Shown here: one piece after another, positions 8,025 through 16,679 of the stretch
How positions within the stretch are numbered: position 1 is the stretch's first letter
Layout of the letters: each line of letters opens with the position of its first letter
IMG/VR virus record: IMGVR_UViG_3300038673_000159
Location: 1 to 31,528 of that record
Reading direction: 5' to 3' (one strand)
DNA from: a virus
Lineage: Duplodnaviria; Caudoviricetes
DNA: 31,528 nt
Program-made: the position numbers and the translations under genes
The notes under the pieces: generated by a model
The model's database searches: none
Seen by the model: only the letters and a program-made list of their open reading frames with translations
What the model was told of the DNA's origin: nothing

Positions 8025-8261
8025 TTGAACCTCTCATCACTAAAGTGACGAGATTCCTGTTTCACAGACTTCGTAACCTTAGACTCCACAGGCTTAAATT
8101 CCGATAGTTCCTACCGTACTAAACATTATTTATGCTGACTTAATCATTCTTAATCCTTCGTTAAGAATATTGATAGCAGCGTTTATATCTCTGTCGTGGT
8201 GTGTGTTACAGCAAGGACACTTCCATTCTCTTATTGAAAGATTTTTCGTGTCCTTATTAAC
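8025..8261 (-). mobile_element. tnpB: IS200/IS605 remnant, copy 1: tnpB 3' end plus omegaRNA scaffold/right end
   Basis: Encodes [43 protein letters not shown] (zinc finger and RuvC-III DRDxNAA); hairpin TCTCGTCAC-TTTA-GTGATGAGA; ends GGTTCAA; 8025-8231 identical to 22367-22573. Confidence 0.9.
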
Positions 8262-8275
8262 ATAAAAAGAGTTAT

Positions 8276-8908
8276 TCATTTTAACACCCAACTTGCCTTA
8301 TAGTGATGTATACTATATGTCCGTGGTGTTATTTCTATTTCACCAGTTGACCAATTTTTTGCCTCAAAATATTCCCGTGGATAAATTGCAATTCCGCCAT
8401 TCAGATAAATTATTTTACCATCGTTCTTTTCAAACATAGATTTATTTATAGCGTCAATAATTACCGTATTTGTAATTGTTTTCGGGTCATACTTGAAAGA
8501 ATTGTTTTCGTAATAATCGTATATTTTTTTAATCCATTCGCTTTGCTCGTGCGCCGCAATCACCGCAGAAATCCATCTGCCTGACGATTCACAAGACGTA
8601 AACCCACCATGAAATAAAAATGGATCAAATGGCTTCAACACTTCAATGTCAGCGTCAAGAGTGATTCCAGAATTATCTCTAAGCCATCTGATTCTTGCTT
8701 CATCCCAGACAAACGCGAATTTCTTTTCTTCATATGCTTTTTGTGCATATGCCGAATGTTCAATATCCCATGTAGATTCATTTAACTCAACAATTTCATA
8801 CTCTGGGGCATTCCGCTTCCAAGAATCAATACATTTATTGACATATCTTGGCTTTTCTGCGCCACCAAACCATCCATAAACAAATTTCTTAGGAATCATA
8901 TACTTCAA
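8276..8908 (-). CDS. glycosyltransferase, GT32/Och1-like (DXD)
   Basis: [43 protein letters not shown]. Confidence 0.9.
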   Translation of the reverse strand: MKYMIPKKFVYGWFGGAEKPRYVNKCIDSWKRNAPEYEIVELNESTWDIEHSAYAQKAYEEKKFAFVWDEARIRWLRDNSGITLDADIEVLKPFDPFLFHGGFTSCESSGRWISAVIAAHEQSEWIKKIYDYYENNSFKYDPKTITNTVIIDAINKSMFEKNDGKIIYLNGGIAIYPREYFEAKNWSTGEIEITPRTYSIHHYKASWVLK

Positions 8909-8923
8909 GTTCCTTTACTTATT

Positions 8924-9625
8924 TTATGGAGCATACATCTTAAGTTCTTTGGCCTTTTTTATGATTGCGTCTCTATTGTTTTCAATAGGAAGCCATACAG
9001 AATCATAATATTTTTTATTGTCATAACTTCCAAGCATGTACGGGGATTCAGTAGGACGCTTGTGGAACATATGAAACATATTTGCTTTGGTTCTATGTTC
9101 TTCTCCGTAAACAGCCTTCATTACAAGATAAAAGATATTGTCTTCCCATCCGTAATTATACATATTAGGATCGAATTTGATAAAGTTTTCTTTTGGCATG
9201 GCTAATACTCCGCCATATACAAAAAATGGGCAAGTAGAAACACGTCTGTTGAATTCAAACGATTCATATTCTGCGTCCGGTTGGCGATTGCGAAGAATAA
9301 AATTTGTGTATCCTTCTTCTATATAGTAATAATTTTTACTTTTAACACCCACCGTCCAAGGATAATCATTCACGATTCCTTCTGCGAAATTAGAAAAAAA
9401 TAGATAATCGGCGTCAGTAATTACAATGTAATTACCAGAAGACTCTTCGACTCCTTTGTTGATACTACGACCACGACTAAAGTTTTCATGTCCATCGTCA
9501 CAAAGAATAATTTCAGCAGATGGAAATAAATGTTTATACCTCGCCATACACCAATCAAAAATTTCTATTCTGTCTTTTTGTCTTGATTTTCTCCACGGGA
9601 TAATGATGCTAATTTCTTTGCTCAT
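8924..9625 (-). CDS. glycosyltransferase, GT2 fold with GT7-like C-terminal motif
   Basis: ISIIIPWR, FSRGRSINKG, ITDAD, YGWED, HMFH. Confidence 0.88.
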   Translation of the reverse strand: MSKEISIIIPWRKSRQKDRIEIFDWCMARYKHLFPSAEIILCDDGHENFSRGRSINKGVEESSGNYIVITDADYLFFSNFAEGIVNDYPWTVGVKSKNYYYIEEGYTNFILRNRQPDAEYESFEFNRRVSTCPFFVYGGVLAMPKENFIKFDPNMYNYGWEDNIFYLVMKAVYGEEHRTKANMFHMFHKRPTESPYMLGSYDNKKYYDSVWLPIENNRDAIIKKAKELKMYAP

Positions 9626-10430
9626 CTTCTACTCCAAAAGTTTTAAATTCTTCAAGTAATTCTTTTGACATGACGTGCTGATTATAATTATAAACATCAC
9701 ACCAGATTTGTATTCCTGCTTTACGTGCGCCCCGGTTCATTGGTTCGTCCTCACCCTGTTTGTGCCACGAGTATCGCGCGACAGAACATGTTTTGCGGGA
9801 CATGACGCAGACAGCGCCAGTGAAGTCTGTCTTTATTAAAGGATTTTCATAATTTGTTTCTGGATGTTTTGTTCTGTAATTCACAATATGTTTATAATGC
9901 CCCGGCGTATCTTCATTTAAGATGTTTGGATATTTGTATGCATTTTCTATTCCTCCCGCCATTAAATATCCGTTATAAATTAAAGCCGAAACAAAATCTT
10001 TATTGTGAGACACAAGTCTTTCTAAGCAATCTTTCCGAAGCAAAATATCAGAGTCAACAGAGAAATAATAATCACAATCTGTTTTAAGGAATTCGTCCAA
10101 CATGCGATTCCGCAAATCTGCTAATCTGTGATACATTACTTCTTCTCGTATATTGGAAACCTTTTTGCCATCGAACGTTGTTTGCCTTGTGTCTTCTGGA
10201 ATTTCACTGTCGTTATATATTTGGATACGAATTGAACCGTACTCTTTTTCATGGTCAAGTTTGAATTTTGATAAGATGGAAAATGTATCATCTGTACTGT
10301 TGTTCACAATCCATAAAACGTGAATTAGATGCTTCGGATACGTTTGGTTGTAAAAATTACGCAAATAAAAAGGCGCTATCCACGCCCTTTGAGAAATTGG
10401 ACATCCGAAAAAAATTTTCTTATTCATCAT
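9609..10430 (-). CDS. glycosyltransferase, GT2/GT-A fold
   Basis: GCPI..R, QTYPK, VNNSTDDT, LADLRN, FSVDSDI, GED. Confidence 0.85.
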   Translation of the reverse strand: MMNKKIFFGCPISQRAWIAPFYLRNFYNQTYPKHLIHVLWIVNNSTDDTFSILSKFKLDHEKEYGSIRIQIYNDSEIPEDTRQTTFDGKKVSNIREEVMYHRLADLRNRMLDEFLKTDCDYYFSVDSDILLRKDCLERLVSHNKDFVSALIYNGYLMAGGIENAYKYPNILNEDTPGHYKHIVNYRTKHPETNYENPLIKTDFTGAVCVMSRKTCSVARYSWHKQGEDEPMNRGARKAGIQIWCDVYNYNQHVMSKELLEEFKTFGVEDEQRN

Positions 10431-10442
10431 GAAATGCCTCTT

Positions 10443-10718
10443 TCATTCCCCCGTCTTATTGTATTTACGCTTGATTTGTTCTTTTTTACCAGCTTCCATA
10501 CCACGCTTGTATATTTCTTCATACATTTCTTCAAACGTGTCTCCGGGAACAATAAAATAAATAAAATCTTTTGTGCAGTATTCATTTCCATTTGTGGCAA
10601 GAAAAACATTATCCGTAAGTGAATTGATTCCATATTCTGTTATGTCTACAATTTCTTCTTTTTCGTAGACTTTGCCACGGAGAGGGTACGTGCGACCAGA
10701 GTAAAACTTATCGTTCAT
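10443..10718 (-). CDS. hypothetical protein, first gene of the GT cassette
   Basis: 91 aa; AAGGAG RBS; directly behind a consensus promoter. Confidence 0.65.
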   Translation of the reverse strand: MNDKFYSGRTYPLRGKVYEKEEIVDITEYGINSLTDNVFLATNGNEYCTKDFIYFIVPGDTFEEMYEEIYKRGMEAGKKEQIKRKYNKTGE

Positions 10719-10756
10719 GTTAAAACTCCTTCTTTATACCTTTCTATTCTATCTTG

Positions 10757-10785
10757 ATTATATCATAACCGCAATTATTTGTCAA
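10757..10785 (-). promoter_or_regulatory. consensus sigma-A promoter with extended -10
   Basis: TTGACA-17 nt-TATAAT with TGn before the -10. Confidence 0.85.
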
Positions 10786-10933
10786 GTGTTTTGCGAGAAT
10801 TTTCAACTTTATCAATATATTTTTGAAAACATTCAATGGAACAAAAATCTCTTTTCCAGTAATAGAACTCTTTATTGAGACAAGACATACATGAATCGAA
10901 TTTTTCATTACATGTTTTACAATATTTTTTCAT
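10775..10933 (-). CDS. small Cys-rich zinc-binding protein (52 aa)
   Basis: MKKYCKTCNEKFDSCMSC...FCSIECFQKY; the longer ORF-track call overlaps the tail-tube gene, so the start is placed at 10933. Confidence 0.6.
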   Translation of the reverse strand: MKKYCKTCNEKFDSCMSCLNKEFYYWKRDFCSIECFQKYIDKVENSRKTLDK

Positions 10934-10937
10934 AAAT

Positions 10938-10966
10938 AGAAAGAGGGGAATAATTAAATTCCCCTC
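10938..10966 (-). terminator. intrinsic terminator after tail tube gene
   Basis: GAGGGGAAT-TTAATT-ATTCCCCTC followed by TTTCTATTT. Confidence 0.65.
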
Positions 10967-10976
10967 GCCCCTTTCA

Positions 10977-11783
10977 TTAGGTGAGATCATCAGGATCGAC
11001 AATATAGAAGTCCCAAAGTTTTTCGCTTGTGCAAGATTCAAGGAATTCACATTCAAAATTGTGAACAGTGGCTTCTCCGCCGTCTGACAAAGACCATTCG
11101 AATGCCCCAGAAATCTTACCTTTATCTGCTTGAATTTGCCCATAAACATACTTATCACGGCAAACGTCTTTGAGAAGACAATCTGCTTCAACTTTTACAG
11201 TTTTAGCAAACGTTTGGCTATTTGATTGCATATGTTTCATAGAAGATGCAGTAGGGTTGTACACAACGCGAACTTTTGTTCCGTTCGTGTAGGCCCCAGT
11301 ATGGAAGGTCAAAACTTTAGTGCCCGGTGTATACGTAAACTTTGTAGGAGTCGCAGAAGCATCTTGTGTCAATGTTTCAACTTTGTCACCATTTGCATCA
11401 AGGATGTATGCAAATTCAATTTCAGATCCCGCTGTTCCAGTTGCAGTATACGTAGTAATTGCAACATTAGACGAAATTGTCAGAACGTCTTCGTATCTAA
11501 ACAAAGTGCTATTCGTCAATGTTGCAACGTCTGTACCGGTCTGAATTGAAATCAACTCATCCGAAACAACCGCAGAGGCTCCCGCAATAGTGGCAGTTTT
11601 TCCCATATCGAAGGAGGCAAGCCTCGTGCCCGCTTGACCGCCTGTAACCCACACCGTATCGCTATTGTTCGTAAAAGTCGTCTCTTTTAATTTCTTTAGA
11701 GAAAGATTCATTTTCCCAGTATCAATATCGTAGGTTCTGATATTGAAAACTTTGGCCAACGCGTAAGTATTAGAAAGAGCCAT
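10977..11783 (-). CDS. major tail tube protein (putative)
   Basis: 268 aa, Thr-rich, beta-strand pattern, VWVTGGQAG motif, strong GGAGGT RBS, last gene of the head-tail block before a terminator. Confidence 0.7.
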   Translation of the reverse strand: MALSNTYALAKVFNIRTYDIDTGKMNLSLKKLKETTFTNNSDTVWVTGGQAGTRLASFDMGKTATIAGASAVVSDELISIQTGTDVATLTNSTLFRYEDVLTISSNVAITTYTATGTAGSEIEFAYILDANGDKVETLTQDASATPTKFTYTPGTKVLTFHTGAYTNGTKVRVVYNPTASSMKHMQSNSQTFAKTVKVEADCLLKDVCRDKYVYGQIQADKGKISGAFEWSLSDGGEATVHNFECEFLESCTSEKLWDFYIVDPDDLT

Positions 11784-11795
11784 GTTATTACCTCC

Positions 11796-12527
11796 TTATA
11801 TAGTTTTCCAATCAAGATCCTTTTTCGGAATCTTTTTCATTTCTATGGTTCCAGAATAATATCCGCCCCATAGTGCCTGTGTATGTTTTATCTTATCAAG
11901 GTGGCGCAAACCACTATTGAACTGAAAAAAATTAAGTTCCCAAATGTTTTTCCAATTATATCCACAAGTGTTGCCCCACACGAGCGCAGATATATACATG
12001 GGCATCAAATCTTCCGTTTGTTTTTCATCGTCCCTTGATTCAACTTCCAAATCGAGCAATTTTGCTTTTGTCTTATTGCTTGCATATTTCGGCTTTTCGG
12101 CATTTTCAAAACACGTTATTTTCTTAAAAAACCACGCAAGTTCTAAATGAGTTTCAGAATCAAGAATCACAATCGGCACACTTTCTTTATTGTAGCCTCT
12201 CAGCCACTTTTCGTTTTCCGATTCGCAATATTCCCAAAACCAAACACCCATAAATTCAAAAAATAACTCTTGGTGCCGATCTGCACCATTAGAATACAAA
12301 AGTAAAAACAAATCGAAATCAGTCAATGTTTCAAAATCAATCCCGCTTGCCCACAAATCTATCATGATATCTTGCGGTTGCAAGCAAAACAATTGAGCAA
12401 ATCCATATACATCCGTAGAAGAATATCGGATTAAGTGTTCCAATTTAGGATGCTTCACAACAATTCCATTTTTTGTGACAAAATCATCGCCGTGAATAAG
12501 TTGCATGTCTGTCAGCATTTTATTCAC
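11796..12527 (-). CDS. tail/neck assembly protein (putative)
   Basis: 243 aa; VKHPKL and IWELNFFQF motifs; coupled to the upstream gene; position. Confidence 0.5.
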   Translation of the reverse strand: MNKMLTDMQLIHGDDFVTKNGIVVKHPKLEHLIRYSSTDVYGFAQLFCLQPQDIMIDLWASGIDFETLTDFDLFLLLYSNGADRHQELFFEFMGVWFWEYCESENEKWLRGYNKESVPIVILDSETHLELAWFFKKITCFENAEKPKYASNKTKAKLLDLEVESRDDEKQTEDLMPMYISALVWGNTCGYNWKNIWELNFFQFNSGLRHLDKIKHTQALWGGYYSGTIEMKKIPKKDLDWKTI

Positions 12528-13029
12528 ACAATCCTACGTTGGATTCCTTTCCTAATTGATAAATCAGCCGATATCCATAATAATAATCTCCATATCTCAT
12601 ATGCGTAAAATCAGCGGAAAAAACATCGTTACCCGACAATTCCCCAATAAATTGACCATTAAACATTCTGTCCAATATCGCACAAATTGAATACGGCCTA
12701 ATACCGTCTGCAATCAGCCAAGAATCAAGATGACACATTACATCAAAACACAAATACACATTTCGGAAGCCAGTATTCCTACGTTGTGGTTTTCCGTTCA
12801 TAAAGTAATATGACACAATTGCTTTTCTGTCCGATTGAACATCCGGCATTTTCGGCATTGGAAATAAATTCTTCATGCGCAATGTTCTATGATCAAAATC
12901 AGCCTTTGTCAATGGTTCAATGTCTGTTGCTCCGCTGTATTGAAGCAGTTTACATAAAGGAGTTGAAGCAAGGAGCATAGATTCAACATCAATTATGTTA
13001 TCATTCAAATCTTCAAAGAATGACGCCAA
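12520..13029 (-). CDS. tail completion/terminator protein (putative)
   Basis: 169 aa; LCKLLQY, FDVMCH..W, RPYSI..ILDRMFN; position before the tail tube. Confidence 0.55.
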   Translation of the reverse strand: MASFFEDLNDNIIDVESMLLASTPLCKLLQYSGATDIEPLTKADFDHRTLRMKNLFPMPKMPDVQSDRKAIVSYYFMNGKPQRRNTGFRNVYLCFDVMCHLDSWLIADGIRPYSICAILDRMFNGQFIGELSGNDVFSADFTHMRYGDYYYGYRLIYQLGKESNVGLCE

Positions 13030-13041
13030 AACTCCACCTCC

Positions 13042-13722
13042 TTAACTCCAAGGGAATTCTACATTGTTTACCGCACCTGTACTCGTGTCCGCATCGTCAT
13101 CGTAATCGAATTGTAACAGGAATGAAATAAGTCCATCTTCGACAAAATCACGAACTTGTCTAACTTTCCACGCCCTGCCATTTATTACAAATCTCTGCCC
13201 AATATCAATACTTGCCGTATCCGTGTTTTTTTGAACATGAACCCATACGTCACCAGTCGGAAAAGAAATATTCTTCTCTTGATCTACAACAGTAAAATTC
13301 ATTTTATCTTCAATGTAACAAGGATAGGAATATGGCGTTGCACCAACCGTCCAATTAAGTTCGTTGTTACATTGGTACATCCGCCCCGTAACACTAAACA
13401 AGAATTGCTTGTCGAGCGAAGTTAAGAGCCAAATGGTGTTTTCGTTTCCATAAGTCCAATGAATATAGTCTCCGATTTGAAACTGAATTTCAGAATAAGG
13501 ATATGATTGGAGCGTCTTATATCCAACCGTCTTGTTTATTTTGTCCCCTTCTGATATAATTACATCATAAGGAGTCGCAGGAAGATTGTTTTTATACACT
13601 TCGGCATATCCCGGTTGCACTTTGAAATCCTGAACAATTTGTGAAGTTATATCACAATTGGAAGCGTAGTTCTGTGGCTGAGATGCACCAACCTTTCGGC
13701 GGTATGAATCAAACAATCCCAC
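13042..13722 (-). CDS. head closure/neck protein (putative)
   Basis: 226 aa; two beta-barrel-like segments (FQIGDYIHW...WLL and IDIGQRFVINGRAWKV); position. Confidence 0.5.
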   Translation of the reverse strand: MGLFDSYRRKVGASQPQNYASNCDITSQIVQDFKVQPGYAEVYKNNLPATPYDVIISEGDKINKTVGYKTLQSYPYSEIQFQIGDYIHWTYGNENTIWLLTSLDKQFLFSVTGRMYQCNNELNWTVGATPYSYPCYIEDKMNFTVVDQEKNISFPTGDVWVHVQKNTDTASIDIGQRFVINGRAWKVRQVRDFVEDGLISFLLQFDYDDDADTSTGAVNNVEFPWS

Positions 13723-13739
13723 GTCATCACCACGCTTCC

Positions 13740-14378
13740 TTAATTAAACCCAGAGAATCCATCAAACGAATAACTTACCGTCAACCGTCTGATTTGCGTC
13801 TCTGAATATTGTTGCAGTTCAATTAGTTTCTCCAACAAATTTGCAGGAGAAAATGCCTTAAAATCTTTTGAAGTCAATCTATTTTTTAATGCGGTGGTAT
13901 GATTAAGAAAACTTGATCTCCAAGAAATCATCATGCCATGCGCAAGAATCCACAATTCTTGACTTGTTAAATCTTCGTTGAATTGCCCCACGTCGTTGTA
14001 CCCAAGCACAATTGCCGCACTCGAAGTTGGCGTAGCAGATAGCACAAACGTCGTTGTTGCTTCCGTAAAAGTATAATCAACGTCCGTTCCTGCCACTTGC
14101 GCAAACAATGAAATGCTGTTTTCATTAGGTGTTGCCGGATACTGTGCGATTGCGTAAGACACGGTTGAGCCGTCTCCAACGAAAGATTCTCTATAAAAAA
14201 CTGCCGGAGTCGCATCTGACAAATCCTTTTTGCAATTCTTAAAGCGTACTGAAACGGATTCATCAAGAAATAGATCCAACAGTTCGCTCATGTCCTGATC
14301 CGTCAACAGAGTACATAATTCTGTATCTTTGATCAAAGAAAGAAACCGATTGAATACCTCCATTTTGGAAGTAGCCAT
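13740..14378 (-). CDS. head-tail adaptor with inserted beta-sandwich domain (putative)
   Basis: Helical ends (EVFNRFLSLIKD; FNEDLT..ELWILA, KDFKAFSPAN) flank a Thr/Ala-rich FVGDGST segment. Confidence 0.6.
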   Translation of the reverse strand: MATSKMEVFNRFLSLIKDTELCTLLTDQDMSELLDLFLDESVSVRFKNCKKDLSDATPAVFYRESFVGDGSTVSYAIAQYPATPNENSISLFAQVAGTDVDYTFTEATTTFVLSATPTSSAAIVLGYNDVGQFNEDLTSQELWILAHGMMISWRSSFLNHTTALKNRLTSKDFKAFSPANLLEKLIELQQYSETQIRRLTVSYSFDGFSGFN

Positions 14379-14401
14379 TTGCGTACCTCCATTTCTTTGT
14401 T

Positions 14402-15067
14402 TTACTTGAATAGGTTTTGATTGTTTGAAACCTGACGGAAAAAGTTCATCTTCGCATTGTCATTGAATTGTCCTTTGCGATACTTGTCATATGCCAGTTC
14501 AAGGATAACGTCGTACATTTCAAGTCTTTCGTTAATCATTGCGCTGAATACATTAAAATCAAGATTCGGAGCGAACAGGTTTTCAATCGTCAATGGCGTT
14601 ACATGTCCATTTGCGTCATACAAACTTGTCAAACTAAGTTCTTCGTAAACATCCTGAATCGAATATTTCTTAGCTTCGGAAACTACACGCTTAATAGCAA
14701 GCATTCCGCCTTCAAGGATTCTAGGCTTATTGTTTCTCAAAGAACGCAGTTGTTCAAGAGTAATTCTTTGTTTGTCCCCGTAATTACCAAATACGACGTT
14801 CAGAGTCGGATGTTCTTCACTATCCTTCAAGAAAAACTTTGAAATGACATTACTAACAACTTCAAGTTTCAATGAATCTGGAATATCAGTTGTTTCTTCT
14901 TCCGCTTGCGCAGTTGGTTTTGCAACTTCCTTTTCCCATTCCTTCCGAGCGTTAGCAATGGCTTTTGCAATAATATCTTCAAGATTAGGTGAAACAACTT
15001 CTTCTTTTTTTTCAACAGATTTTGCCGCTTGTGTTTCTACGGAAACTGTTTTTGCCGGTCTGCCCAT
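14402..15067 (-). CDS. hypothetical protein after the major capsid gene
   Basis: 221 aa; GGAG RBS; low-complexity charged N-terminus. Confidence 0.6.
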   Translation of the reverse strand: MGRPAKTVSVETQAAKSVEKKEEVVSPNLEDIIAKAIANARKEWEKEVAKPTAQAEEETTDIPDSLKLEVVSNVISKFFLKDSEEHPTLNVVFGNYGDKQRITLEQLRSLRNNKPRILEGGMLAIKRVVSEAKKYSIQDVYEELSLTSLYDANGHVTPLTIENLFAPNLDFNVFSAMINERLEMYDVILELAYDKYRKGQFNDNAKMNFFRQVSNNQNLFK

Positions 15068-15099
15068 GATTAAAAATCTCCTTCTTTTCTTGTTCTAAA

Positions 15100-15125
15100 G
15101 AAAAGGGGAGCCACAAGGACTCCCC
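15100..15125 (-). terminator. intrinsic terminator after major capsid gene
   Basis: GGGGAGTC-CTTGT-GGCTCCCC followed by TTTTCTTT. Confidence 0.8.
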
Positions 15126-15139
15126 GAATTATGTCAAGA

Positions 15140-16138
15140 TTACGCAAACTTCCAGAAACCGTACTTGCCTTCGGGAACAGTCAGAGCGGCAACGCCGACA
15201 CGACGACCGAAAACGAATTCGGGCTGGAGATCGGAACGACCCAGTCCATCCTTAGAATCGACAAGGGTATCGCCTTCAAAAACAACCTTAACAAGTTTGC
15301 TGTCGCCAGCAGGAACAACGATAAGTTGGTTGTCGGAAACACCAAATGTCTGAGTCTGGGGAAGGTATGCCTGAGGAAGAGAGAACAAGGAAGCGCCACG
15401 GAATTCACCCCAGTAACCAACGCCATTAGCCTTGTCTTTTGCGGCATCGGAATATCCGAACGCAGAAGCATCGGTAACATTCGCAAGAGCGGTCAGGGTG
15501 CCCCAAATCTGGAGATTGTCAACGCCGTTAGCGGCCTTAACATGTTCCATAATGGTTGCGAAAGAAGAAGCAGAGAAAGAACCTGTGGACTTGTAGTTGG
15601 TGCCAACGGAAGCATAAGAATCATAGATAGCGGTAGCAATAAGCAGACCGACATGATTTTCAAACGCTTTAGTAGCAACTTCAACGATACGTCCCATGTC
15701 GATTTTGCCAGCCATAAAGCGGTCAAATTCGTCATAGATTTTAACCATCTTCATTTCGGTAGCAACAGTAAAGTTGCTATCAACAATACGCTGACGTTCA
15801 ACATTGCCAACGCCACGAGCAACAGTATATACAGGATATACAGTGCGATCGTGGACATCAAAATACGGCTTGTCACCCATGGCAACGTCTTTGAATTCCG
15901 CAAAGGGATCAAACTTGGCGGCCAAAGAAGCGTTCATAGCGGCAGGCATAAGTTCTGCGATAATCGCAAAAACATGATATTTATTGGCTTGGAAAGAATA
16001 ATAATCCCAAGTACCGCCGCAAGCATCAAGAACCGCCTGACGGATTGCGCCATTGAGGTCTTCCTTAGAACGTTCAGCAGAGCCATTGACTGCATCAAAG
16101 GCAAGACGCTGAGTAGCAGACATAACGAAATTAGCCAT
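15140..16138 (-). CDS. major capsid protein
   Basis: 332 aa; follows protease/scaffold and decoration genes; strongly biased codons; AGGAGGT RBS; downstream terminator. Confidence 0.8.
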   Translation of the reverse strand: MANFVMSATQRLAFDAVNGSAERSKEDLNGAIRQAVLDACGGTWDYYSFQANKYHVFAIIAELMPAAMNASLAAKFDPFAEFKDVAMGDKPYFDVHDRTVYPVYTVARGVGNVERQRIVDSNFTVATEMKMVKIYDEFDRFMAGKIDMGRIVEVATKAFENHVGLLIATAIYDSYASVGTNYKSTGSFSASSFATIMEHVKAANGVDNLQIWGTLTALANVTDASAFGYSDAAKDKANGVGYWGEFRGASLFSLPQAYLPQTQTFGVSDNQLIVVPAGDSKLVKVVFEGDTLVDSKDGLGRSDLQPEFVFGRRVGVAALTVPEGKYGFWKFA

Positions 16139-16193
16139 TATATATTACCTCCTATTTATTCACATGTGAATTTTTCAATGAAGTGTTTATTGA

Positions 16194-16664
16194 TTACGCA
16201 AGGATACAACGCATATTGAACATTGCCACGCCAGCCTTGGTGAAAGTACCAGTTACCTTAAAGGCAAGGGATTCAGTTCCGCCAAGTGAGGACACACATT
16301 CAGGTTTACCAGTACCGGCATCAATGATCACAAAAGCGCCAGCGGCAACAGTGGCAGTAGCGGTAACATTAGCAACAGGAATAGCAACTTCATAACCCAC
16401 ACGAGGAACCAAAGCGCGAACGGATTCGCCAGTGGCAATAGTGTAAGCGTTTTCAAGAGTTTCAGCGGCATAAGGCAAGCAAACTGCGGCAACCATAACC
16501 ACGTTTTTATCGGTGATAGCGGCAGGGGTAGCGGCGGCATAAATACCGGTAGACGCCTTCGCTCCAAGAGTGTAGAGATAGCCGTTAACTGTATCAGCGG
16601 GAGCCGCGATAGTAACGTACTGCGCATCAGCAGGGATATTGGTCAGAACCATAAGATTAGCCAT
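16194..16664 (-). CDS. capsid decoration/cement protein (putative)
   Basis: 156 aa, Ala/Thr/Val-rich, immediately upstream of the capsid gene. Confidence 0.6.
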   Translation of the reverse strand: MANLMVLTNIPADAQYVTIAAPADTVNGYLYTLGAKASTGIYAAATPAAITDKNVVMVAAVCLPYAAETLENAYTIATGESVRALVPRVGYEVAIPVANVTATATVAAGAFVIIDAGTGKPECVSSLGGTESLAFKVTGTFTKAGVAMFNMRCILA

Positions 16665-16679
16665 TATTTTTACCTCCTA

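Noticed and set aside
15131-16219. 362-aa plus-strand ORF
   Set aside because: Antisense shadow of the codon-biased major capsid gene; no motifs.
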